Under the pieces are notes generated by a model that searched no databases, was not told the DNA's origin, and worked only from the letters and a program-made list of their open reading frames with translations. From positions 248,001 through 312,000 of the forward strand of contig BQFW01000004.1 of the NCBI GenBank assembly GCA_020891255.1: DNA of 64,000 nt, written 5' to 3'. Numbering within the stretch: the first letter of the stretch is position 1; every line of letters begins with the position of its first letter. The DNA comes from Entomortierella parvispora E1425 (Eukaryota > Fungi > Mortierellomycota). The position numbers and the translations under genes were made by a program. Positions 22,969 through 34,549 of the stretch are shown here, in pieces.

Positions 22969-25854
22969 ATGAATACAATCCTTCCATCAATCAACACGAC
23001 CAACCGCCCAGACTCAAACGACGATAAAAGAGGTCAATTGACCTGGCAACAGCAACAACATCATCCTCACGAACGCCAATCCCCTTACCCTCCACAACAG
23101 CATCATCACCCCCAAACAACCAGTTCACGACCAGGTTGCACCAATTCCTTCGGTTCAACGCTCCCAAGTGTCTCGTACGACGGATTTTTTGAAGACAAAA
23201 GTGGTTCCCTTGCATCGCATCTTGACCTCAACCATGGTGGTGATCATGAGGACGATCATGACGAAAGGCACGCCGTCAACCCACAACAGTTGTCAGAGAG
23301 GTCGCGCGGAGCAGCCTTTTCCCCAGAGCCAAGATCTCAGCAGGTTCTGCACCATCCACATGAGCATCATGAATACCTTCCTCCGGCGTACTTCTTCCAT
23401 CCTCAACAGCAACTTCAACGTCCTCCTCAGCCGCCTGGCCACTCTCATTACCATTTTTACCCTCAACAGCAACAACAACAGCAGGCGCTGCCTCCGTCAT
23501 CTCGTTCAAACCCAACGCACCACCCTCCACCTCCACATCCGCCACAACAATACAATCCGCTGCAGTCCCTGACACAAGATGGCGGTCACCCGCCCCAACA
23601 CCACCGTCATATCTCGCAGTCCCATCTTGCTGAACAACGCCACCGCGACCACATCCCTCCACACCACGCCCACCGACCACTTTCGGATAGAGATCTGGAC
23701 ACCGACTTTGACGGGGACTCTGATTTGGAGGACAGCTCCTTTGAACCGGGATATTCGCTAGAACATCATCAGCAACGGCACCAACATGTTTTGGGACCCC
23801 ATCCTCAGCACCAACACCCACATCCAATGCAGCACCACCAACCGAATCCTTTCCAACACTATGAGCGACCCCCTCGACCCCAGAGCTCACACGAGGTGCA
23901 TTCAAACAACTTTATATCGGAAGAGGAGTTTCTGATGCTGGCCGAGGATTACCTACTCTCGCTCTCACCCAAGAAAAGAGAGAAGGCGTTGCTATCGAAT
24001 ACAATGTACCAAAAGATCCTCATGGTGCTTCTCCAACCCAAAAACACCCAGGTGTCGACGGCTCAGTTTCGCTTCTGGGCCAAAAAGATGTTTACGTTGT
24101 CCACGACGGAGACGCACCACATTGTTTGCCATGGCGGCAAACCAGTGGCGACCAAGGAATGCTTGTACGATGTTTTGGTGTACTGTCACCGAAAGAGTTC
24201 CCATGGGGGGAGAGACAAGACGTCTGCTGAGGTAAGAATGGAGAAACGAGTCTCCCATGGTTCAAAAGAACAAAGGAGGCAGTTCCTTTGCACTAGAAAG
24301 TGAGAAGAGCTCTTGTTCCCTTCAGGCAAAGGAAGAACTCTGTGTTTTCGTACGGCAAAAAAGAAAAAAAAAGGTCCAGATCGGATTCTCAGGTCCATAG
24401 TTTCCTCTCTTACTCGATCTCTTTATTGGTTCCTACTGTTCATCCATCAGGTACGGCAGCATTACTCTTGGGTCCCAAAGGAGCTCATCGCACGGTTCGT
24501 CAAGCACTGCCCCCTATGTTCCAGTCGACGCCACAGCCTTCAACGACCCCTCTCCATCTCCAGTCTGTCTGCTCTGGACCTCGAGGGGAGCTTCTCTTCC
24601 TCGTCGGGCATGGAAACAACCCGGACTGCGTCCTCTGCAGCAACAGGATCATTGTCTTCCTCGTCCTCCATGTCAACGGTCCATCAACAAGGCCAAGGGG
24701 GTACTGCCATGTCCACTTCGTCCTCCATGTCTTCTGCCTCCACACAGTTCGGCTCCCTGTCTACGTCTGCTCCTTACTCGGGGGGCACGAGTGGTTTGGC
24801 ATCTGATGCTCCTCCTTCTTCGTCCAGGAGTAGCGGTAGCGGCGGCGGCAGCGGCGGCGGTCCTTTTCACGGACATGGTCATAGTCATAGCGTCAGCCAT
24901 GGTCAGGAGCATCTTTTCCAGTTCCTCCCAAGGTCACGACCACCTTACGACGGAGCTCAGTCCTCACTCAGTGAGAGGTTACAGCAACAACAACAACAGC
25001 AACAGCAGCCATTCGATCTCATTCCCCCTATTGCGCCTTCACCACAGCTCTCGGCCTCTTCATCTCATCTTCACCGTGCGAGCGATCATCCGGCTACTGG
25101 ATTTTACTCTTCATCATCCAGGACAGGTGGGCATCATCGACACAGGCGATCCGCCTCTATCAACACCGGCACGCTCGGACACTCGCTTGCTCGGAGTCAG
25201 TTTGCTCATCCTTATGGACTGGGTCAGCCGGGTGGACGGAGAGAGACGATTCTTCAGAGTTTGTCTTCAAGTAACGTTTACCATGCTCCCAGTGGTAGCT
25301 GGACCCAAGGGATCGACAATGCCTCCGCGGAGGTCCTGGCCGGAGATGGTGGCGACGAGGCTGATTTCGAGTTTGGTGAGGACGAAGGAGATGACGACGA
25401 CGGGTTTGATGTGGATGTGGGGGATGAAGAACGCGAGGAGGAGGATGATGACTTTGATTATCATGTCGGCCGGTACACTAGTGGGGAGGCAGGAGTGGGG
25501 CCACAGCAGGACGATCACGCTGCTACCGTGTATGATGACCCAGTTGAATATTCGCAACCACAGCAACAACAATTGCAATTGCAGATGCAGATGCAACACC
25601 GTCGGCTCCACCACGAACAACAACAGCAGCAGAGACAGCAACAACAACATCAGCAGCAAGGTCGTTGGCAGGCTGGACGACATCCGGGAGGTCTGGACAG
25701 CAGTGGGAGTCGGATGCCCGAGGAGGACTATTCCCCAGGGGGTCTTGTCGGTCTCATTCATGGGCCGCAACGGCCACCGGATTCGCACCCGAGAAGATAC
25801 CCACCTCGAACTCTTTCTGGTCCATCCTCTCAACGGCCAATGTCGCGTCCTTGA
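22969..25854 (+). CDS. Integrase-type H2C2 zinc-binding domain protein with Q/H/S-rich disordered flanks (exons 22969-24231, 24451-25854)
   Basis: The spliced core reads CHRKSSHGGRDKTSAE|VRQHYSWVPKELIARFVKHCPLC (H-x4-H-x28-C-x2-C), preceded by FRFWAKKMF..HIVCHGGKPVAT. No DDE catalytic core follows. Confidence 0.8.
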
Positions 25855-26610
25855 TTCGTTTTTTTTTCTTTTCTGTATTACTGTTTTGTTTTGTTGATAT
25901 CCAATATCCTGTTTTTCATCAGTCCCCTAGTTTGTAGCCAAAGCCTGCATACATCGCTGTTGTTGGGTTCAATGGTTTTGTTGTGTCGTTTAAGCTGTGT
26001 TTATTCTTTGTATCCTCTTTCTTTTCCCTCCTCCCTTTTCTCACATACTCTCTTCTTGTCCCAGTTTTTTTTTTTTTTTGGCATTTCATTCCTTTGAACT
26101 AATCCTCGCCTTCTCGGTTTCTTGACATATTTCTCCATCGCACAAAACTCTCTCTTTTCTCCAGCATTCGCTCTGTCCCTAATGAATCAATAAACCCTTT
26201 TCTCCTATTCTCCTATTTCATATTGTCACTTGAGTATTCTAGACAACGTGCGCAGCCACCGAGGGGGGGGGGGGGGGGAGCAGCAGAGAGGCGGAAACGA
26301 AATAACGTTGGGCTTTTTCTGCGACTTTGATCTTGTTTCGCGTCGCGTCTTTTAGCCGCTCCATGAGCCAAAAAAGCACACGCGTTTTTTTTTTTTTTTT
26401 TTTTTTCGAATGAGGGCATGCATCGCCACTCTTTTTTTGAGGAATGCTCAGAAATGCCGTTGTCCAGCGAAATAGCGAAATAAATAGAGATTTTTAGATT
26501 GCATTAGAGAATGTGGGGTGGGGTGTGGGCATGGGGTTTACTGCCTTGCCACCCTTCTTTTTTTCATTTGGGCGGGACAAGAGGACAAGGCAGAGGGCGG
26601 AGAGGCAGAG

Positions 26611-26646
<36 letters not shown>

Positions 26647-27047
26647 ACAGATGAACAGATGAACAGATGAACAGACCGGTGAACAGACCGATGGCTGGCC
26701 AGGTGATGCGGGGGGTCGACTCCTTTTTTTGGGTCCACATTGTTTGTTTGTCTGTCTGTGATCACCCCGGGAAGAGGCGATGCTTTTTTTCTTTTTTCTT
26801 TTTCTTTTTCTTTTTCTTTTCTCTTTCTCTTTCTCTCTTTGCTGCACACATGGTGCCCTAACATTCGCCATCTCTGACGACATTCCGCTTTCTTCACTCC
26901 ATTCCATTTCATTCATTCATTCTCCTCTTTTCATTCCATCCTCGGACGGGAAACACCACGACTACCCACCAGTGAACAGAGCCTACAAGGAGCAACCCAA
27001 CGGAAAACAACACTGCCAGAGAGCATCGATACCAAACAAGAAGCAAC

Positions 27048-30000
27048 ATGTCGCACACGACCACCGTGGCCGAGCTGTCCCTCTCCCTGAGCCACGTCCA
27101 GAGTCTGCTCAAGCAGATCACAGCCGAGGTCAAGGTCCTCAGTGACGGGATCGCTGTCCTAGCAGAGCTCGAGGAAACAGGCGATCTGGAGGCTGAGCTG
27201 GATTACCTCGACGTCGATCCCTGGTCCAACGTCAACGACAAGGACAAGACCGCTGCCACAGGCACCGCAACAGCCACCGCAGCGGCTCGACGAGACAGCA
27301 TTCGTTCCCTCTTGCAACGCAGACCCTCGACCGTCAAGGACGAGACAAAAGCCCTGGCCAGGATCTTGAGCCAGAAGCGGACAGGGGCCGGTGGCACCGG
27401 AAGTGGCAGTGAATCTGAAAACAAATCGAGTCAGCACCACCAGGGTCAATCGCAGCCACAGCAGCATGGTGGCTCAAAGTGGTTGACATCCAACTTGCAG
27501 GATCAAGTCATTGAGGAGGATTCAGCTTCGTCAGAAGGCTCGAATTCTTTCCAGGGGGGTCAGCGCAGCGGTGACAAGCAAGAGCTGGAGTCTCCCTCGA
27601 CAGCGACGAACGACGCTTCGGCTTATATGACGATCCAGTCTCTCAATATCGCTTCGACCCCCTCGGCCCCTTCCACCATCCGCCTTGTCGAAGCAGAACG
27701 CGTGCCTCACACGATCTCGGTCCAGACAGCCCACCTTCCAAAGTACTCACTTGCCATCTCAAAGCCTGCGGCGACACCTGTTCTCTCGACCTCTTCCAGT
27801 CAGGGATCCATTCTGGGTGCCTTTGGAGGAACCAACAACATGCTAAACAACAACGGCAGCAATGCTTCTGGGCTGGGAAATCCAGCGGTGCAACCACCCT
27901 ATCATCGGTCTCAGACAGCTCCCAATGTAGACATCAACAACTCCCGGCCAGGTTCTGCCAGTGGCAACTTTGGACAAGGAGACAGCAGGAGTGGCTCAGC
28001 TTCCAGCGTAAGCGGATGTTTTGATGGCTCAGTTTTGTGTACTGTGTCCTCGACCAGGGGTGAGGCTAACAATAACGAGCACATTGGGTGACCATTTGTT
28101 TTGAAAATAGACAATGCGCGGTCGACCCCCTTCCTCAGTCATGGACTCTAGAGCCTCTTCCGAGGTTCACATGGTTGGCCAGACCAGCAGCATTAAGGAT
28201 CGATACAGTGTATGCTCCTTCCCTTTAATATCCTGTCATGCTTGAACGAATGTGCAGTTTCTTTGACTGTGGGGCTTCTAACTGCTATACCGACGGATCA
28301 ATTCAAAAATAGGCTCTTCGATCAGCTTCTCAGGGAACCATTATCCATCCAGCGGTCGGCAGGGACACAGTGAAGTCGACGGTTGTGGTAAAACCACCTT
28401 CACCCATGTCAGCTGCTCAGGTTGAAAAGATAGAGTCTGCAGACTGCTTCAGCAAACTTGGATTGATACCAGAGCTCTTGCGAGGCATCTACGCCTATGG
28501 GTAAACAACGACGGATGCAGTGCCACATCGTTTTTGTTTTCTGTTGTGCAATAATCCGAACTTTGTGAGACTCACCTGGAGAGAGATTCCTGTTTCTGTC
28601 GACTCACTATTTCATAGACTGAAGATGCCGTCCATACTGCAGCAACGCGGGATTCCCATGATCATGACCAAGCATGATGTGCTGATGCAGGCAAAGCCAG
28701 AGGTGGCAAAGACCTTGACCTACGCGATCCCTCTGCTCCACTTTTTGACCTTGCCAGCAACATCAATCCATCCTCAGTTGATCATCCTGTGTTCGAATAA
28801 CGATCTCTGTCAACATGTCCAAAGAGTTCTTCTGGCCTTGGCTAGATTCATGCCCACGATCTCGTGTCTGGTCTGCGCGGAAGGAAGCAACGCCACTCTA
28901 TCTCTGGGAACAATATCTTCTACTCAAGTGAACGTAGCAGGGCATGGAGGTCGGGTTCAGAATCAAGGATTCAGCAACTCTGGAAAAGCGCAGGACCCAT
29001 TGCCGTACATTGCAGCCCACGTCGTAATCGGCACCCCTGGCAAAGTCTTGAATTTGGTGCGGACCAAACAACTTGGACTCTCAGCCCTCAAGGTGATGGT
29101 GTTGGAGAATGCGGATATTCTGCTTGTATCGCCACTGAAGGAGGCTACTGTGAGCTTACTGTCGATAGTCAGAGATACGAGCTCGGTGTCGCCTTCGACT
29201 ACGTCAACAGCAACAGGTCCATCGAGTTCAGCATCAGCACCGGTTTTGGCCTCACCTCCAAATTCCGGGCCAACCTCTCCTGTGTCCTTGGCTGTGGCAG
29301 CCTTGAATGGAAGAATCATGGCCTCCAACTCTGGAAGTGGAACAAACATTGGCCGATTCCCTGGAAGTTATGGCGATGGAATCAACAGCAGTGGCGATAT
29401 TGGAGGGCGGCCACGATCCATGTCCAACGCCACTCCACCGCCATCCACTTCTGGACCCAACTCTACAGCATCCGCCACGGCCGCGACGGCGAGTTCTATA
29501 TCAGCACCACCCCAGCTCCTCTTCTTTTCGACCCTGGTGCCCTCTTATGTGTTGGATTACGTGGCTCAATACACGATTCAACCGACCAAAGCTCTTGTCA
29601 AAGGACATGATTTGGCTCTGAAGGGTATCTTGCAGTTTTTCAAGTACCTGACCGGCGAGGACGACGATTGGCGGCTGGAATCACTCTGTGATCTGTTGGA
29701 GGACAGTGGCGCCAACCGCACCGTCATCTTTTGTAACGGGGATGAGTCTGTCGAAAGAGTTGTTCGGAGAATCCGGGAGGCCAAAGGAACTGCCATTGGC
29801 GTGGTAGGTGACGATACTTGAATGTCTATGCGTCCGGGAACGTTGTGATTGCTGACCATTCTTGCTGGCGCCTGCTCTTTTTTTTTTTTTTTTTTTTTTT
29901 TTCTTTTTTTCGAATGATAGTATACTGAAATGGACGTGGCAGAAAAAAAGTCGGCCTTGGGATGGTTCAGATCCGCAATTGCGCCTTCATATTTCGTGCT

Positions 30001-30446
30001 ATCGGATGAGGCAGCCAAGGATCTGGATATTTTGGCGGTTCCATTGGTTGTGAGTTTCGAGGTGCCCAGTATCTCGCACTATATACCAAGGTAACAGATC
30101 GATTGCAGAATGAGACTTTTACAAGGCCAGTGCAGCAGACATGAGACTAACGGTTCTTTGTGCGATATCTTTATTGTTCCTGACAATATAGAGTGAAGTG
30201 GATTGATCGGTCGAATGGGCGGGTGGGTGTGAAGGTTACATTAGTCGATGGACAGCGCGGTGAAGGACAGGCACTCCGAGCCATTCAACAACATTATCGA
30301 ACCACGATAGATGATATACCGGTAAGTGCGAACATCACGTAGAGAGGCAGAGCTGTTTGTCAGCAAAAGGAGAAACAACCCGACTCACCCTTTGCCGACC
30401 CAATTTCAATATTTAGCCAAGCATTGCCGAGTTTATAGTCAACTAA
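27048..30446 (+). CDS. eIF4A-derived DEAD-box pseudo-helicase with long N-terminal extension (7 exons: 27048-28007, 28111-28209, 28313-28500, 28618-29803, 29921-30090, 30192-30321, 30417-30446)
   Basis: Q-motif [26 protein letters not shown], followed by degenerate motifs: I AKPEVAKT, Ia SNNDLC, Ib TPGKV, II ENAD, III STL, IV VIFCN, V AKDLD, VI PRVKWIDR. All splice sites are GT-AG and keep the frame. Confidence 0.85.
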
Positions 30447-30600
30447 AGCCGTGTCCACTGTAGACATGAATAAAATCGGTCCTGACTGACCGTCGGAGCC
30501 GTACAGGAGCTACATATGGTTCTTTTACATCTCGACTTGATAGGTCTATGTAAAGGAATCAACAACATTTATTTCTTGGGCAATTTTCAAGTTTACCAAA

Positions 30601-31982
30601 CTACCGTGGCAATTCAGGTAAACCCAGGAGGGAACGAAGTTCATTGACATTTATCAGAACCTCTATTTGCGCTCCAGCGATTGTTACTCTCATCGGTGCC
30701 TCTACTGCTCGCTGCTCTTCGTGAGCTGTTTGCTGCTGTTGTTCGCGGGCTGCTCGTGCCGCTCGGTGTTGTTCGCGGGCTGCTTGATGTTGTTCACGGG
30801 CAGCTTGCTGTTGTAGTTCGCGGGCAACTCGTTTTCGTTCGCGGGCTGCTTGTTGCTCTTCGTACGCTGCTCGCCGTTCTTCGTCGGCTGCTTCTGATTG
30901 ACGCTGGCTAGGTTTAGGGGGCAGGAGCCCAAGAAGGCGCATCCTTTGCCTAGCCGCTATGCCTTCTTCGACAGTGTCATAAACAATGCCCGATCCGACT
31001 GGTCCCAGACGCTGCACGAATTCTGACCAGGGAACAGTTCCCAAGTCCGACGTGGGTGGTGCTCGTGCTGGTCGGGATGATACTAGACGAGCTGGTGCCG
31101 AACGAGCCGCTGCTGCTACTGGTGCTGGTGCTGGTGCCGCTGTCGCTGTCGGTTCCATGGTGGATCCAGCAGTGGATTTCGCCTTTCGCTCCCGCAAATA
31201 GACATAGACGTTGCAAACGACCTCCCCTTTCCGACTCTTTCTGTGAAATTCTTTTAACCAGGCAGTGTATAAAAGGCTATTGCAATTTGCACTGTTCAGA
31301 CTTGAGTAGGACATGGCAGTAGATGAGTGAAGACGTTGAAGATAAGGGTGGGCGCCACGCTCCCATTCCACATCCAGGTCTTGCTGAATAGTGTCCACTT
31401 TTTGTTTTATCTTGCGGCAGAGAAGGTCAAAGCCATCGACATGCCAGGAGTAGTAAAGAGCCGTTGGACCTGGGAGAGAGTCCCGCGGGCGCGTCTGAGT
31501 GAGAGGTTTGCCAATCCGAAAGTGAAGGACAAGAATGATCCGGTCGGGCACGGTGGCGGTGGCGGTTTCTGGTTCAGCTTGTTGAACGGGACGAGAGGGA
31601 TCGTTTTTCGCAGTATCATTCGAGTCTGCATTCACAGGGCTGGTGGTGCTGGACGATGCATTGGGGCGGGGTACTGGGGCCATTTTCAACCGCTTGTGTT
31701 GTGTTAGATAACAAATAAAAACTCGTTCTTGCTCTCAGCCAAACTTTTTCTTTTCTTCGAACCTGGTTCAGGAGCTGAGGGAGGGGTGGCCTTGGCAGGG
31801 GCTGCAGTCGTGGAAGTAGCGGCGTCGGCAGGGGAAGGTTGGTCGACAGGAGCGACTGTGGCTGCGGTGGTGGTGGTGATGGTGGGGGCGGAGGAGGTGG
31901 AAGAAGTCCGTTGCTCCTTTGCCTCTGAAGAGGAAGTCTCAGGCGGTGGTGCCTTCAGAGTGCGACGTTTCTTTGGCGGCAT
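30601..31982 (-). CDS. Hypothetical protein: basic N-terminus, central globular domain, AREQ coiled-coil repeats (probable intron 31674-31762)
   Basis: A 362-aa ORF plus an upstream 92-aa ORF (MPPKKRR) can be joined by a GT..CTAAC..CAG intron. Globular segments are IILVLHFRIGK...VCNVYVYLRE and the C-terminal VTIAGAQIEVLINVNELRSLLGLP. Confidence 0.6.
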
Positions 31983-32380
31983 GAGGCAAGAATGAAAGAA
32001 TGAGGTGCATGTAGACTTGAATGTGGAATGTGATCAACGGCTTGAACACATTCAACTATTTCAGTGCGGCCTGGAATTTGAGCGCAATTCCGACGTGAAG
32101 TTGATGCAGGTCTGTGCGACAGCAGTCTGCCAAGGACCACGTTCAGGACAGAAGGGCAAACAACGGGCCATGAGGCCATATATCCACTTAGAGAGGTTGG
32201 GAGGTCAATGAGAGAGGTCGGATGTTTAAAGAGAGAGGTTGAAGAGGTTGAAAGAGAGGTCGAGGGATCAAAGCGAGAGGCTGGGTGGTCACATAGGGAT
32301 TCGATTCAAAGAGAGAGAGGTTGAGAGGGTGGAGGTCGAGGGGTCTTCTTTTCATTCATTCATTCATTCATCCCTCTCTC

Positions 32381-34238
32381 ATGTCTTCCTGTCAGCCTCA
32401 TGAGGACGCGCCAGTCTTTCGCGTCATTGCCATTCCGCACCTGTGCGACGGCATTGCCCAGCATCTCCGTCCACGCGATGCGCTGCGTGCCCTTCAGACG
32501 TGCAGAGACTTTTATACGGCTTTCCTGCCGTATCGATGGAGAACCCTGGAGAGCGAGCTGTTTGCTGAGGAGTATTACCAAACCATCTTCCCTGATCATC
32601 CTACTCCCGAAGTAGAATCAGCGCTGGTCAGCTACGGTGCCGGGTTCGTGCGACACATCAACTTTTCTTTTGAGCAGAGTCGACTCAGCGAGCTCCTATT
32701 GGAGAACGGGCTGCACTGCTCGCGACTTGAAAGTATCCGACAACATGGCCATTTGGACGAAGAATTGCCATCGAACCGCCGCATGCACTGGTGGAATTGC
32801 GAGGGCATCTGCGGGCACTATAACAACATCAGTTTCACAGCATGGTATTCTACCACCATTCCCTTAAGGACCCTTGTGCTCGATATGGCCTACAGAAACT
32901 CCTCGACCCTCCAAAGTCTGATTCTGGAAGCCATGTCGAATCCCACGGAGCCAATGACCTTTCTCACAGAACTCACCAGAGTTATTCCTTTACTCGAGAA
33001 TCTGAAAGTGCTAAAGCTCGGGTGTATGCCATGGGTGACCGCCGTGAACATGTTTCTTCGCTTACCGCCTAGAGTGGAGGATCTGGCGTTGAGGGTCTGC
33101 CAAAAAGTAACAACGGAATTTGATAAAGGAAGCGACGACGACATTAGAGCTGTGGGGACATCAAGGAGAGCGGTTTGGGCGCTCAAGGATGACTTGACCA
33201 ACATGGCCACCAAAGCCAGTGTGACGAAACTGAGTCTCGTTTGGACCTGTGATCCAGATCTCATGTGGATTGTGTACGAGATGTTGGGCCATTGCCCCAA
33301 CTTGAGATCGCTCCGTCTCCCTTACATCTACGAGAGCCGGGTCGACGGCTTCTTCTCGACCGTTGCTACCAATTGGCCAAGAAAGCTCGAGGAGCTGGAT
33401 TTGTCAAAGTTTGCGGCCAGGGACTGCGAATACGCGGATTTCTTGAACACTATCTTTCCTAACCACGAGGAGACAAGAGAGGAGTCTGGAGCGGGTTTAA
33501 GATCCATCACGCTCCATGGCGAATACGAATGTGGAATACAGTTCAAGAGCGCTTTGGCCGGTCACGTTTCCACACTGGAGAGGATTTCCGTCTTTGGTTG
33601 TGGACAAACCATTCGTAGTCGGGACATCTTGGCCTGGCTCGAAAATTTGTCCTCGATTGGATACGTTGCTCATGTTTGACACTTGTGAGCTGAACCCAGA
33701 AGACCCTTCGCCAACGGTTAACTGGAGTGAATTCCAACGGAGCAGGAGCGGGACCACGGCGGACCAATCTATCACATCCAGCTTGTCGTCCGCGCTACCG
33801 TCGACAGCATCGCCCGTGGTGTCAAGCCCTTGTCTGTGGGCATGCGTCCGGACACTAAGAGTGCTTTCGCTCTTTCTACACATCAAAGCCACCACACGTA
33901 TCGAAGATGTTCCTGCACTTACTGAAGGAGTTTATCGTAGGCTGGGCCAACTGGAGGCTTTGGAGGACTTGGCTCTAGGCTGCGAAACCGCTTCAATTCG
34001 TGTCAAGTCTGATAGCAAGGACCCCCTCATTCCCCAAGACAAGGAATATGTCCGGGTGACATTAAACTGCTCACTGGATCAAGGCCTTGGGCACATGGCA
34101 TCCCTCAAGAAGCTTAGACGCCTCAATGTGGAAATGCTGTCTAGGATCAAGATAGGTCAAGCTGAGCGCGAATGGATGAAGAAACACTGGCCGTTGTTTG
34201 AGACCTTGCATGGTGCGCCCATGCGCAAAAAGCTGTGA
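32381..34238 (+). pseudogene. F-box/LRR (RNI-like) protein gene interrupted by a +1 frameshift (pseudogene or sequencing error)
   Basis: F-box-like start VIAIPHLCDGIAQHLRPRDALRALQTCRDF and LRR repeats (HCPNLRSLRL). The frame switches at GAAAATTTGTCCT (33646-33648), restoring LENCPRLDTL. The C-terminus is LWACVRTLRVLSL..VYRRLGQLEALEDLALG..EREWMKKHWP. Confidence 0.75.
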
Positions 34239-34504
34239 CTGCTCTTGGTATCTCATGTTGGTGGCAAACGCGGATTTTCTTTTTTTTTTTTGTTTGCGAC
34301 GCAGCAATCTGTGAAAGATCGATCCATTACATGTCTGGCCCAATCAAGTGCTGTTGCCGAGTTGTCCCTTGGTCCTTGCTGGGCTAGGCAAAAAGATGGA
34401 ACAGGTGAAGGTCCTCTATCTATGCCATATGCCATTGCTGCGGCAGGTTGAATCATTAAGATTGTCTAGTTTGAATAAACGGGCCGCAGGATCCGAAATG
34501 GCTC

Positions 34505-34511
34505 TATAAAA
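34505..34511 (+). promoter_or_regulatory. Putative TATA box of eIF4A gene
   Basis: TATAAAA about 40 bp upstream of the ATG at 34550. Confidence 0.5.
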
Positions 34512-34549
34512 GGACCGCGCGTCTCAGCTGGAATTGGTTCTGCACCCAC

